NCBI GenBank assembly: GCA_964016885.1
Contig: OZ024743.1
Location: forward strand, 196,230,001-196,294,000
Length of the DNA stretch: 64,000 nt
Source: Eledone cirrhosa
Taxonomy: Eukaryota
Direction of reading: 5' to 3'
Part shown: positions 14,701 through 29,800 of the stretch, piece after piece
Layout of the letters: every line of letters begins with the position of its first letter
Numbering within the stretch: the first letter of the stretch is position 1
Position numbers and translations under genes: made by a program
Notes under the pieces: model-generated
Database searches by the model: none
What the model saw: only the letters and a program-made list of their open reading frames with translations
Told to the model about the DNA's origin: nothing

Positions 14701-15690
14701 GGGTTGGCTTTTTTATTCGTTTGGACAAAGCCCGTTGATAAAGTATTCCCGTCCGCCGCTCCCTAGAAGTCTTATATATTTTTATGTGGGTTTAAGGAAT
14801 TACAGAAACCCAAGAAGCTAGATTTACCATCTTTCTAGTGGGACCGGGTAAGCTTTTTACATTCATATGATTTATTGATTTATTGATATTTTATCTGACT
14901 GACCCGAATCTTCCTGATCGTAATTTTTCTGTCGTATGGGTGATTTTAGACATAATCTTTGTGTTGGTATTTTAACGATAGTTATAGCTCTGATTTATCT
15001 GAATTATTGAGCCCTCTGCCACTCATGTCGAATTTTGTTTATCGTGAACTCGTGCGCCGATTTTTCGATACTCGATTATTCTACTATATTTAGCTCTAGA
15101 CTTAGCTATTGACCAGTTAATTTTATTATTCATTTTTTGTCGATTCTATTAAATGATGAATAGCTCCTGTTTATTTTAACATGTCTATTGAGCACTCTTA
15201 TTCGATATGTGATTTCCCACATTCCCGAATATCTTTCGCGGATATAGAGGTTATCTCCCTTGCTTGATACCATGTGCGTCTCAACTAGGGTTGGCTTTTT
15301 TATTCGTTTGGACAAAGCTCGTTGATAAAGTATTCCCGTCCGCCGCTCTCTAGAAGTCTTATATATTTTTATGTGGGCTGATAGGGGGCGGTTTAATGAA
15401 TTACAGAAACCCAAGAAGCTAGATTTACCATCTTTCTAGTGGGTCCGGGTAAGCTTTTTACATTCATATGATTTATTGATTTATTGAGATTTTATCTGAC
15501 TGACCCGAATCTTCCTGATCGTAATTTTTCGGTCGTATGGGTGATTTTAGACATAATCTTTGTGTGTTGGTATTTTAACGATAGTTATAGCTCTGATTTA
15601 TCTGAATTATTGAGCCCTCTGCCACTCATGTCGAATTTTGTTTATCGTGAACTCGTGCGCCGATTTTTCGATACTCGATTATTCTACTAT
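14701..15690 (+). mobile_element. Retrozyme-like tandem repeat, ~590-600-bp unit, 1.7 copies, U3-A8 HHR
   Basis: GGGTTGGCTTTT starts at 14701 and 15288. Flanked by (TA)n. Each unit has an HHR fold. Confidence 0.8.
15314..15457 (+). ncRNA. Non-canonical type I HHR (UUGAUAA core, enlarged stems II and III)
   Basis: CUCG-UUGAUAA-A-GUAUUC..GAAUUAC-A-GAAA-CCCA..CUAGA..UCUAG-UGGG-UC/CGGG. Predicted cut after 15445. The copy at 14727-14856 has GAC at the cleavage triplet. Confidence 0.75.
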
Positions 15691-15707
15691 ATATATATAT
15701 ATATATA

Positions 15708-15988
<281 letters not shown>

Positions 15989-16667
15989 TGCTTACCCAAT
16001 TAAACGCCTGCATCTGCGGGTGTATATATGCTTCAATTTAATATTGTGTGTGTGTGTGTTAAAAATATCAATGTATTCTAGTATTGAAATGAAATAATTC
16101 CCGAGATATATATTTATAAAACATAAACATATATAAATCAAGCAGCCTCCTCCGACCCAGAAATTCTTGAATAAATATACCAGCACAGAAAATCACTGGA
16201 CAATTAGTAAAGAAAAAGATGAAGTAGTCGTGAGTTCTGCATTTAAGCTCCCCTTCACGATATTCTACATGGCCACAATAAAAATAATTATGAACATTGG
16301 ATTTCATTATATATGTTGTAATGGATGCAACGAATGTCAAGAAATGAAATGAAGACCTAGAATAAAAAGAAAACCTCTCTACAAAATACCATTCTTTACC
16401 ATACAATGATTTTCTTACTTGATATAATGATTTACATCAAGTATAGCTGATATATCAAGGCCATCCTTCTACAAAAGAAGACACAAACACATGTCTTTCT
16501 TTATAGAGTCATAGAATGTCTTCACAGATACAAAATGTCGGTAATGAAAAAGCCAGAAAGATATTAAGATTCTTTCCTTTCCAACAAACGAAATAATACA
16601 TAAGAAAATCTAGAAACTAATACACACACTAATAAAAAAACAAATATTGAAACAAACTATTTGATAT

Positions 16668-17350
16668 AATGGTTCCTTATATAGGCACAAGGCCAGCAAT
16701 TTTGGAGGAGGGGAAAGTCGATTAAATCGACCCAGTGCGTGACCGGTACATTATTTTATCGACCCCGTAAGGATGAAAAGCAAAGTTAACCTCGGCGGGA
16801 TTTGAAATCAGATCATAAAGGGCAGTAACTCTATGCTGCAAAGCATGGGTCCGACCCTCTACTGATACTACCAATCCATTGCCCTTAAAATAATGGTTTC
16901 TTATATAGGCACAAGGTCAGCAGCGTAAAGGGCCGTGACTCTATGCCGTGAATCAGGATGTCAAACGCTGCACCGATACTGCCAATCTACCGTCCTCCAA
17001 GTAATAGAACAATGGTTTCCGATTTAGGCACAAGGATAACAATTTTTGGGGGAGAGGAAAATCGATTAAATCGACCCCCCTGCATGACTGGTACTTTATT
17101 TTATTGACCCAGTTAGGATGAAAAGCAAAGCTAACCTCAGGGGGGTTTGAATTCAGACTGTAAAGGACCGTAACTCTATGCTGCAAAGCATGGTGTCCGA
17201 AGCTCTAACTATTCTGCCTAATAATAATAAAATTAAACTTAATAAAATATAGAAAATGCATCATATAAAGTATGTAAAGGGCCGTAACTCTATGCCGTAA
17301 AGCAGGGTGTCAGACGCTGTACCGTTACTGCCAATCCACCGCCCTCCAAG
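16668..17350 (-). mobile_element. Cluster of tRNA-derived SINE copies and fragments
   Basis: Reverse complement of the SINE core at ~16668-16885 and ~17010-17217, with head fragments at ~16925-17000 and ~17273-17350. Confidence 0.85.
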
Positions 17351-17817
17351 TAATAGAATATTACAAACACAAATACAAGGCAATAGATATATCAGATTCA
17401 TGAAATAATATACAAATCATTCATAAAGTGTTTAACTCTAGAATAGATGAATACATCAAAACAACTTAACGGAACATAAAATCCATTGCACTAAACTATA
17501 AATTAACTCTATATAATATCCTACAATACATTACAAAAACACTATCAATAACTTGATAGTTTTACCAGTAACAAAATACAAGCCTGTCGTCCCTACTCTA
17601 TCCAAAATGTTTTGAACTTCACAACCCCAATTGTTATATGAGCCTTGCAATTATGACGTGTACTCCGTTGTTCACTTGGTGCATACGATAACGAACAACC
17701 ACAAGCCAATTCAGATCATAACAGTAGATAAGAAGTCGTTAGCAGAAAGCACACCTACACTATACAAAATCCACTGCAAAAAGAGGGGATTACATATATT
17801 ATTCATATTTATTATTA

Positions 17818-18205
17818 GTGGTGAGTGGATTGGCAGTATCGGTAGAGAGTCGGACGCCATGCTTTGCAGCATAGCGTTACGGCTCTTTATGATCTGAGCT
17901 CAAATCCCGCCGAGGTTAACTTTGCCTTTCATCCTTATGGGGTCGATAAAATAAAGTACCAGTCACGCACTGGGTTCGATTTAATCGACTTTCCCCTCCT
18001 CCCAAATTACTGGCCTTGTGCCTATATAAGAAACCATTATTAGTGGGGAGTGGATTGGAAATATCGGTAGAGGGTCGGACGCCATTCTGAGTTCAAATCC
18101 CGCCGAGGTTAACTTTGCCTTTCATCCTTACGGGGTTGATAAAATAAAGTACCACTAATGCACTGGGTAATTGCTGACCTTGTGCCAAAAGTAGAAACAA
18201 TTATT
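17818..18205 (+). mobile_element. Two tandem tRNA-derived SINEs
   Basis: Full copy at 17818-18040 and internally deleted copy at 18043-18205; both end in (ATT)n-like tails. Confidence 0.88.
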
Positions 18206-18228
18206 AGTGTGGATAAAGTTCTCCCCAG

Positions 18229-18263
<35 letters not shown>

Positions 18264-18454
18264 GTAGTGCTGAATTAGTAGGAAAAATTATATTCAAAAT
18301 TGACAGAGCTCACAGTTCAAGGAATGATTTGTAATATACAAAATTATTTTAAATTCCACAGCGAAATATGTGTTATCGACAGATGAAAATGAGAATTATA
18401 TATATATATATATATACGTGCAGTGGCGGGACTGGCCAGGATACCAGGGGGCCC

Positions 18455-18777
18455 ACGGTAGCATTGCATTTCCACGCAACAGCTGAAAGGTCAACCATCT
18501 CCCTCATGTTTATCGCACGTAAAAATGGAATCATTCCCGCGTTCCCTTTTCCGATCAAATCCCGCAGCAATTGTTTTCTGTAAATCCGGTTTAGTCTCTC
18601 CAAAACTCCCTGGTCCATTGGCTGAATAAGTGACGTAACGTTCGCCGGAAGAAATGCTGGCCGAATCTGTCCGTCTGCCGAAATCAAGTCCTCCTCATCC
18701 GGAGATAGTATAGAAATAGCCGTCCGGTAAATCGAATTTCGGAAAAGCGATATCCGGATAAGCGAAGATGCACTGTA
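18455..18777 (-). mobile_element. pogo/Tigger-type DNA transposon remnant
   Basis: Peptide FLPANVTSLIQPMDQGVLERLNRIYRKQLL matches the pogo/Jerky DDE_1 motif. Tigger-like end TA-CAGTGCATCTTCGCTTATCCGG read from 18777 on the minus strand. Confidence 0.85.
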
Positions 18778-19046
18778 TATATATATATATGTAATTATAT
18801 ATAAATATGTACTTACACATACACACGAGCTGCTGGTCAGATAATTTTTTATATCAATGGGTAAAAGGCATATGTAAAATCAATTAGTGGTCAGTTCTTC
18901 GATCTAAAGTCCCTAGGGAGAATGGGTCGCCAATTAATGTTTGTACAAGTTAAAAACATGTATGTATACATATATATAAATATATATATGCACATGTATA
19001 TGTACACACATACACACACTCATATTGAGTGAGTGTGAAAGACCAA

Positions 19047-19148
19047 AGGTCTAACTTTGCCTTTCATCCTTACGGGGTCGATAAAATAAAGTACCAGTAA
19101 TGTACTGGGACAATTGCTGGCCTTGTGCCAAAAGTAGAAACTATTATT
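19047..19148 (+). mobile_element. tRNA-derived SINE 3' half
   Basis: SINE core match. Confidence 0.8.
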
Positions 19149-19278
19149 GAAAGTATCTGCATGTGTATATTTCGCAAGGTACTATATATATAACAGTATA
19201 CTATGCATTCACAATTATTTAAAACTTCAATTATAACATTATGTATCTAGTATTACTGTATACTGTTAGTAATATGTA

Positions 19279-19340
<62 letters not shown>

Positions 19341-19342
<2 letters not shown>

Positions 19343-19532
19343 GTTATTCCGGGTTGAATCGGAGGTAACCACAGTAAGTAAGGTACTCAATACATAGCAG
19401 AGTATAACAGTTTTAATATAGAAGAGATTCTACAGGACTAGAACTGTTTCATTCATTAGAAATCATCATGAATCTCTGATGATTTCTAATGAATGAAACA
19501 GTTCTAGTCCTGTAGAATCTCTTCTATATTAA

Positions 19533-19537
<5 letters not shown>
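19341..19537. mobile_element. Family B fold-back with CUGAUGA HHR core
   Basis: Inverted arms 19408-19468 / 19477-19538. Right arm reads CUGAUGA-UUUC-UAAU-GAAU-GAAAC-AGUUCUA-GUC. Confidence 0.75.
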
Positions 19538-19572
<35 letters not shown>

Positions 19573-20000
19573 TATAATTAGTAAAAGATACACATTTTTT
19601 CCTGCAAATATTTGATTGCACTGTTTTATTTTCACTTATGTATTTTTTGAAAATGTTATTTATTCATTATAAAAATGAAATGTTAGTATTCTAAACATAG
19701 GTGGGCCCCCTTCATCTCCTGGCAACCAATATTTTTAGACCCAATCCACCACTGTATTGAATAGTGAACATGTGAGTACATTTATCGATTATATCGATAA
19801 AATCTCAGATCGGTTTCTGTAACCCCAGGAGGTTATATAATACATAAGTAATACATATACATATAATACACGAGTACTTTCATTCTTCTTGATCTATTTA
19901 CTCTCTCTCTCTCTCTCACTATATATATATATATATATACATATATATATAAAATAAAGTTAAATAAAAGTCAAATGATTAAAATTTAGCTTCGTTTATT

Positions 20001-20055
20001 ACTGCTATATATATTTCAGTGACAGCCATCTTTGGCTGTGACCTCTTCAGGCAGT
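20001..20055 (-). ncRNA. Type I HHR near the 3' end of a ~1-kb (TA)n-flanked insert (19950-20990)
   Basis: ACUGC-CUGAAGA-GGUCACAGCCA-AAGA-UGGCUGUCACU-GAAA-UAUAU-AUA/GCAGU; perfect 5-bp stem I and palindromic stem III. Confidence 0.85.
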
Positions 20056-21004
20056 TTGAATTAGTATGGTATAGACAAGTACATATGTTGTTTAGGTGTA
20101 TGATATTGTCAATACTCTGATATGCCCAGTTCCTTGTTGGGTTGTTAATTCACTGAGGAACTGGAGTCATATGAATTCAAACAAACGAATTTCAGTGTCA
20201 AAGGTCCCTTTCTCCTCTCATTGGTCAGTTATTAGAACATTCCTCATTCTAAGTGTTGTTATTGTTGGAGTTAGCTTAAAAATTGATAAAATGGTAGAAG
20301 GGACAAGGTGTTAAAGGAACAAAATAACCAAAAAAGTGTCAAACTTCCCATTGTTCAGTTCTGAGAGCATTCCTCACTCAGAAGTCTATAGAATTCTTTC
20401 TGGGTGAGGCTCCCTGTAGTGTTTTTGTCTGCTATTGTTCAGTACATTTGACCTCCACCATTATTTTGGTACTGTTGTTGGTGTAGTGGTCAGCTTATAT
20501 CTTGCTGCTGCTAACAATTTAGAAGTATCCAGTTTGTGTTTTTTCTTCATCCCTCCTGCCACCATCGTAGTGGTGGTGGTGGTGGGGAGGGCGGTTATTC
20601 CATGTATATGAAGAAATATAAGGCAATAAATGAAGAAAACCGAAAATAAATAAATAATATAATAAAATAATTAATATAATTTGTGTAATTTGAAAATAAA
20701 TAAATAAATAGAGAATATAGAATAAATGAGAGATTGGTGAAAAAGTAATGAAAATGAATATGGAGAAGTGAGAAATAATGTAGGATAAAGTGTGTGTGTG
20801 TGCTATAACCAATCTCAAGGTCAGAATATGTTGGATAGATTGGTATGAGACAAGATGTTAAGATGAGATATTCAAACTAAATGTGTTTGTGTTATAATCC
20901 ATCTCAACTTAAAATAAATATAAGGTGATACAGTGAAGAGGGCAGAAAACAAATAACAAATTAATAAAGAGAAATCAAGATTTAAGATATATATATATAT
21001 ATAC

Positions 21005-21089
<85 letters not shown>

Positions 21090-21090
<1 letters not shown>

Positions 21091-21280
21091 TGAAACAAAA
21101 TGAAAACGAAATTTCATTTCTCACTCTTAGTATGGCACTTACTTAAATGTAAGTATGCATGTATACGTGCATACATATATGTATACAGACGTACAGTAGC
21201 ATGCACATATATATATATATATACATATATACATACATATGCATACAGGTACACATACATATATGCACGTATCAGTTTAT
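21090..21280 (-). mobile_element. Partial copy of the 320-903 element end
   Basis: Reverse-complement match to ~745-903. Confidence 0.8.
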
Positions 21281-21286
21281 ATATAC

Positions 21287-21490
21287 ATAGGAAAAAGTAT
21301 GACCCCGACGGCAGAGCTCAAGCTTTCGACGGCTATTTCTGGCTATTTCAGTCCAGAAATAGCCGTCGAAACAGCTTGAGCTCTGCCGTCGGGGTCATAC
21401 TTTTTCCTATTACTCACTCTACTACCCTAAGTATTGAGTACTCTGGTGCGTTATGGTCCACCTGGTTCCTTACCACATTTCCTTCGTTAT
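21287..21490. mobile_element. Family A fold-back
   Basis: Same architecture as 1491-1690. Confidence 0.8.
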
Positions 21491-21509
21491 ATATATATAT
21501 ATATATATA

Positions 21510-21724
21510 CACACACAAACAAGATGGTGTAGGATAGAACAAAGGAGACACAAATAAAAACCCAGTCACTGAGGAGGTTACAGAATGTGTGACGAAAGAC
21601 TTTTGACAATATATAAACAACCATCCAGTTATCGAACCAACCGGAAATTTATAATAAATTGAAGTGAAAACCAACAGGTGCGTGTGTTTTTATTGGCCGC
21701 ATGACCCTCCCAATATATAACAAT
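21510..21724 (+). mobile_element. Family C 3' fragment with HHR
   Basis: Diverged copy; CUGAGGA core at 21569. Confidence 0.85.
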
Positions 21725-21760
21725 ATTTATATATATATATAACAATATATATATATATAT

Positions 21761-22075
21761 ATTATATATATTGGACGGATAGGTGTCCCCATCTTGTTTT
21801 GTTGTTAACACAACATTTCGGCTGATGTACTCTCCAGCCTTCATCAGGTGTCCTAGTGATGTTATTATTAACGTTTGTTCAGGTCACTGCTTAGAATTGT
21901 ACTCGCAATTCTAGGCAGTGACCTGAAAAAACGTTAATAATAACATCACTAGGACACCTGATGAAGGCTGGAGAGTACATCAGCCGAGACGTTGTGTTAA
22001 CAACAAAACAAGATGAGGACACCTATCCGTCCAATGTATATAATGTAAATAATTCCTCGTCTCAAAATATAGAAC
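21761..22075. mobile_element. Family F fold-back; HHR at 21953-21997(+) and mirror on minus
   Basis: ~135-bp arms around loop ~21900-21905. GACAC-CUGAUGA-AGGCUG..CAGCC-GA(A/G)A(C/U)GUU/GUGUU. The minus copy keeps GAAA; the plus copy has GAGA. Confidence 0.8.
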
Positions 22076-22134
22076 AGTATATATATATATATATACACGG
22101 GAAAGAAATTATCGTTATAGGTAGTCCACTTAGA

Positions 22135-23370
22135 TGTAGTCCATTTAGAGTACTCCGAGTAGTGGATAGTATTAAAGCTTGGCTAAGTTTGACTCAACAA
22201 GACGTTTCCATAGTGATGCTGCGAGTACGCGGTGATTTTTATGTAGTCTATACTTGGAGTAATATACATATATATATATATACAATTGTCAGCAATGTGA
22301 ATAAAGCCCTTATTGTATAGCAAACCATGTCACTCTTTTTTCTTGACTTATTATATATATTTATATATATATGTATAAGAATATATATATATATCTCACT
22401 TAACGTTCGGAACAGGAACATATCGATGTGGTTCGTTGGGTGCGGATATGATAAGGAGAATCGACCTGTTACAAGGCGATATAATTGGAGTACACCATCC
22501 CTCATATGGACTATCATACATGTAAGGCCAACCAACTATTCCTTCACAGACTCATGCTTGCAAACTCTCTTGATCTGCCTGTACTCCCTCTTTTTGCACT
22601 GCTTGTGCTTTGATGCATCTATGCTTTGCTTTGTCTTATATTTCTTTGGGGTTTCCGGACTTTTTGTTCCTTTATTGTTTTGTATTTTTATATTTATCTC
22701 TTTTCTTATCCCTGTATTTTTGTACATTTTTATTATTTTTTTATTATTTTATTATTGTTTCTGATCATGCTGAGTAATACCCTCACTCATCCCTTGCTAC
22801 CCTCTCCCAACCTCTTTATCATCTATTGCACCATTTAAGTGATAAAGTTTTGGTGTAATTTTTAATTTTTAAGACATTTTATGACATTATGTGCATCATG
22901 TATTCTGCCTTTTTCCAGATAGCGCTGGACTCGGGACCCCCCTGCTGGTCCTTTAACCTTGTTCTGGTGACGCAGCTCGATGGAGCATGCAACTACTGAT
23001 ATACACATGTTTATAGGCTCTGATGATTCCTGCCATGGTGTATGGATGAAACACTGTTAGCTAATAAAACAATGTATTTCTAAGCACTCTTTGGTTATTA
23101 CAATAACTATATATATATATTCTTATACAGACATATATAAATATATATAATAAGTCAAGAAAAAAGAGTGACATGGTTTGCTATACAATAAGGGCTTTAT
23201 TCACATTGCTGACAATTGTATATATATATATATATATGTATATTACTCCAAGTATAAACTACATAGAAATCACCGCGTACTCGCAGCATCACTATGGAAA
23301 CGTCTTGTTGAGTCAAACTTAGTCAAGCGTTAATACTATCCACTACTCGGAGTACTCTAAATGGACTACA
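22135..23370 (+). mobile_element. Family G fold-back: ~255-bp inverted arms enclosing an HHR-bearing body
   Basis: 22135-22392 is the reverse complement of ~23107-23370. Confidence 0.8.
23016..23062 (+). ncRNA. Type I minimal HHR
   Basis: GGCU-CUGAUGA-UUCC..GGAU-GAAAC-ACU-GUU/AGCU. Confidence 0.75.
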
Positions 23371-23463
23371 TATATACCTATATATATATACATATACATC
23401 TATACCTATATATATATACATCTATACCTATATATATGTATATATATATATGTATATATACTA

Positions 23464-23551
<88 letters not shown>

Positions 23552-23554
<3 letters not shown>

Positions 23555-24000
23555 CGGAAGAAATGTGGTAAGGAACCAGGTGGACCATAACGCACCAAAG
23601 TACTCAATACTTAGGGTAGTAGAGTGAGTAATAGGAACGAGTAGGGCCCGTTTTCTACTTACTGTTTCGACTTCCTCCCGCTCCGCCTCCCTAGTATCTT
23701 CTTTGACCTCACGCCCAGCTGTAGCCGGCACTATCAACGCATGAATGGGTCTCCTCCACCCCCTCTCTCTCTTTCTCCTACTGGCAGGTTTAGCTACCCC
23801 TTCCCTCCACTAATTGCCATCATAGAATTATTATGTCTCAACTACAAACTTTTGACCAATCCCTGTGACAATCACTTTGACCATATATGGAATTACCCCT
23901 TGAGAAGCTCGGCTATTCAAATACCAGGATAAAAATTTTCATTTAGTCCAGAATTAGCCCTCGAAACGGCTTGAGCTCAGCCGTCGGGTTCCTACTCGTT

Positions 24001-24004
<4 letters not shown>
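23552..24004. mobile_element. Family A fold-back, longest copy
   Basis: Minus-strand 3' tail at 23552-23650. Plus-strand body ends ...GTTCCTAT(AT)n. Confidence 0.8.
23896..23989 (+). ncRNA. Non-canonical type I HHR (UUGAGAA core, long stem II)
   Basis: CCCC-UUGAGAA-G..GGCUAUUC..GAAUUAGCC..C-GAAA-CGGC-UUGAGCUCA-GCCG-UC/GGGU. Other family A copies have GGGG after the cut site. Predicted cut after 23985. Confidence 0.72.
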
Positions 24005-24066
<62 letters not shown>

Positions 24067-24430
24067 TGTGTGTGGGGGATGTATGTGTGTGTGTTTGTTG
24101 TGAGTGTGTGAGTTGAGCTACTTAGATTTGTATGTGAGTAGCGTGTGCGTATGTGTGATGTATGTATATAAATTAATTATTCAAAAGAATATACAGCTTT
24201 CTAATTACTTATATTTATTCCATTGATCTGGCGAGGCGGCGAATATTTTTGTAATTTAAATAATTATATTTTAGACAGCAGGAAAATGACTCCTGGGAAA
24301 TGTTCCCACTAGGTCTGAAACTTGATCAACTCAGTTGTTTCCGTCCATGGGAAAATTAATAAACAGACATTCATTTGCATTTGTCGGTGTTCTCATTATA
24401 CACGAATAAATATTACAGTGACAGCTAAAA

Positions 24431-24522
<92 letters not shown>

Positions 24523-24535
24523 ATATATATATATA

Positions 24536-24626
<91 letters not shown>

Positions 24627-24666
24627 CGTAAAATAAGAAAATTATAAAATTAACTTACTTACTAAA

Positions 24667-24709
<43 letters not shown>

Positions 24710-24712
<3 letters not shown>

Positions 24713-25300
24713 AAATGTGTGTAATCCTTGATACAGTTAGGTGTATTAAGACAGGGGGGAAGAAAAAATGGCTTCACTTGTGCTTTCAACAAATTTATTT
24801 TCTTCACAAAGTCCAAAAAGAATTTTTTTCCGGATTAGAAAAAAAAAATGTTTTTCTTAAAAAAAATTATTTTATAAATTAAGTTTGGTCTTAGGAGTTC
24901 TTGGTTAACGTAGGAGGTATTGTTTCGTTTTTAGAACGACCTTTCACGCTGAGGTGCGCTTGTCAAACTGATGTGTATGTGGTGTGTTGTTCTATATATA
25001 GGGGTTTGACATGTCTGTGGTGTGGTGGGGCGTTTTTTCTCCCCCTTTTCAATAAGTGTATGGGTGTAGGTGTGTTGAAAAAGTGTTAATAGCAGTAATG
25101 AGTTGAGACGGTGAGTAGGGTTGGGTGGGGAGAAATGTAGCAAGTGCGGCCTGCCCCGGTCATTCTCGAAAAATTCCTTTATTCAGGGGATTCCTTTGTG
25201 TTGAGAATGGTCACAGGCAAATCGCACCTGCCAAGTTTGTAAATAATTTTTTTTTTCTGAAGAATTTTTCTACGTCCATCCCAAAATTAGTCCTTTGTTC
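24710..25300 (-). mobile_element. Possible old PLE 3' end
   Basis: (TA)n-flanked. Decayed UGAAGA..GAAA motif near 24780-24812. Weak P-x-x-LN-like ORF end. Confidence 0.3.
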
Positions 25301-25365
25301 AACACACACATATGTGCGTATATACGTACATACACACACCAAATTCAGAAACGAAATATATATAT

Positions 25366-25426
<61 letters not shown>

Positions 25427-25431
25427 TTTAT

Positions 25432-26030
25432 ATTTCGTTTCTGAATTTGTTTAGCAAGATTCTTTATCTGAAAATGTGTGTTGAAACCGATATTGTTATA
25501 CTTTGGGAGAGTCATGTTGCCAATAGGAAACACACGCACCAGTTGGTTTCACTTCAATTTGTTATAATAAATTTATAAATTTAGGAATTTATAAATTTCC
25601 GGTTGGGTGGTTCCACAACCAGATGGTTATTTATATATTGTCAAAGTTCTTTGGTCACACATTCTGTGACTTCTTCAGTGACTGGGGATTATTTTCTTTG
25701 TTTTTGTGCCTCTCCTTTGTTCTGTCCTACGCCATCTTGTTTCTGTGTGTGTGTTGTGTGCTCAGTCTGCGCGTGCGCCACATCCGGGTGTCTGTGTGTG
25801 TTTATATTCGTTTATTTATTTGTTTATTTACATGTTACTGGTTGGTTGTTTGTTCTATGTGTGTGTGTGTTTTCATTTTGTCCTTAATTGTAAGTTGTGA
25901 TGTTGCTGTTCCACTCATGTTTTCTATTTAATTTTGGTTGTAATTCTTTTATGTTTATTGCCTCTGTGATTTGTCTAAACATTGCGTCTTTTCTGTGTGT
26001 AGATTCTATTTTTATTTCTATGTTCTCTAA
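25432..26030 (-). mobile_element. Family C PLE 3' portion
   Basis: Encodes [27 protein letters not shown], identical to the end of the 8025 ORF. Confidence 0.92.
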
Positions 26031-26153
26031 TATATAGATATGTATGTATGTATATATACATACATATATATATATATATATATACATATATATACATATA
26101 TATATATATATACATATACAATATATATATATATATACATATATATATGTATG

Positions 26154-27624
<1,471 letters not shown>

Positions 27625-28586
27625 ATATATATATATATATATATATATGCATTGTGATACGAATCAAAGTGCGTGTGTGTGCCTACGCATAAAATTAAAC
27701 ACATATTCATACATACGTCCTTATATGTATATATGTGTTTATATGTGTGCACGTAATTGTGTCTGTAGACATATACATACAGTCTTTCAAACACATGCAA
27801 ACGCAAACTGAAATTGCATTTGCGTTTTTATTGTATAACGTTATTCTATTTCTTCTTCTGTTAAAACATATTTTTCTCTTTCCATAGCCACCTTTCATTC
27901 TCTACAGATAAAGGACTAATGTGCGAAACGTTAAAGAGATTTATAGTCTTTCTTTTCAAGTGTTATTAATACGGTTGATTGGAGAAGACAGAAACCGAGA
28001 CATTCAGCGACGGGTGGAAATATATTTCCACGAGATATCATTCCTGTTTTGTTTGTTTTGAAATAGTTGTTATTGTCGCTCTCCTTCTTGGGGACTAGTA
28101 TCTTTATCATTTCTTATTTCAATTTATACAATGTATTTTCATTTATTTAGTTTTATTATATATATATATATTGTAGAATATATTCGAAATGTCACCTATG
28201 AAAAACTTTCTAGATCTTCTCCAAAATGTATTCATCTCCTATTCAAGATTGTAAAGAAAACATGATTTAGCATTCACTTATCCTCTCCGGTTTACTTTTC
28301 TTTATTTCTCTTAGCCAGTAAATCTACGGTGTTGTCCCAACGCTAGTCAAAATGGCGGTATAGCCCAAGCAAATAGACTTTATCTTTCATAAAGACGGAC
28401 ATATTACATATATCTTTTCTCCTATCACACACAACAGCAAAAAACTTGGGTACATATATAAATAAATTCATACATGCATATGTCCATGTATATATATATA
28501 TACACACACGCACACAAGCTCATACACATACACAAACAAACACACACACAGACACAACCATATATATATACATATACGTATATGTG

Positions 28587-28620
<34 letters not shown>

Positions 28621-28826
28621 GGCACACGCACATATACGTATATGTATATGCATGAATATCTGCATGAGTTATTATGCAAGTATTCATAAGACAAATATAA
28701 GCAGTGTTCATGCTCAAGTAACACACAGACACACACACACATATATATATATATACATAAACACATACATATACACATATACATACACATATATATATAT
28801 ACATATACATACATAATATATATACA

Positions 28827-28895
<69 letters not shown>

Positions 28896-28897
28896 AT

Positions 28898-28968
<71 letters not shown>

Positions 28969-29164
28969 CATATATATTCATTATATATGTATCTGTGTGT
29001 GTATGTGTATATTTAAACAAACGCTGATACGTTTATAGATGCATGCAAGCATATATAAACCAAAACAAACATACACATAGGCTTATGGAAGCGTGTACAT
29101 AATCAAATCATGTGTGTTTCTCTGTGCACCCTTCAGCTAATGCGTACACATAAACATTCACACA

Positions 29165-29334
29165 TACGCATAGATAGATATGCCTATATTCTATATATAT
29201 CTGTACATAGTCATATACATACACTTACACATAGGTAGATATGCCTATATTCTATATATATAAGTACATAGTCATACACATACACATACACATACACATA
29301 GGTAGATATGCCTATATTCTATATATATATGTAC

Positions 29335-29389
<55 letters not shown>

Positions 29390-29433
29390 TAGGTAGATAT
29401 GCCTATATTCTATATATATATATGTACATAGTC

Positions 29434-29470
<37 letters not shown>

Positions 29471-29595
29471 TACGCATAGGTAGATATGCCTATATTCTAT
29501 ATATATATATGTACATAGTCATACACATACACATACACTTACACATACGCATAGGTAGATATGCCTATATTCTATATATATATATGTACATAGTC

Positions 29596-29632
<37 letters not shown>

Positions 29633-29676
29633 TAGGTAGATATGCCTATATTCTATATATATATATGTACATAGTC

Positions 29677-29713
<37 letters not shown>

Positions 29714-29757
29714 TAGGTAGATATGCCTATATTCTATATATATATATGTACATAGTC

Positions 29758-29800
<43 letters not shown>

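Noticed and set aside
17818-17915. tRNA gene
   Set aside because: A/B-box-like head continues into the SINE core and no cloverleaf can be drawn.
27900-27940. CAGAUAA-AGGAC-UAAU-GUGC-GAAACGUU
   Set aside because: Multiple core and stem mismatches; at best a fossil HHR.
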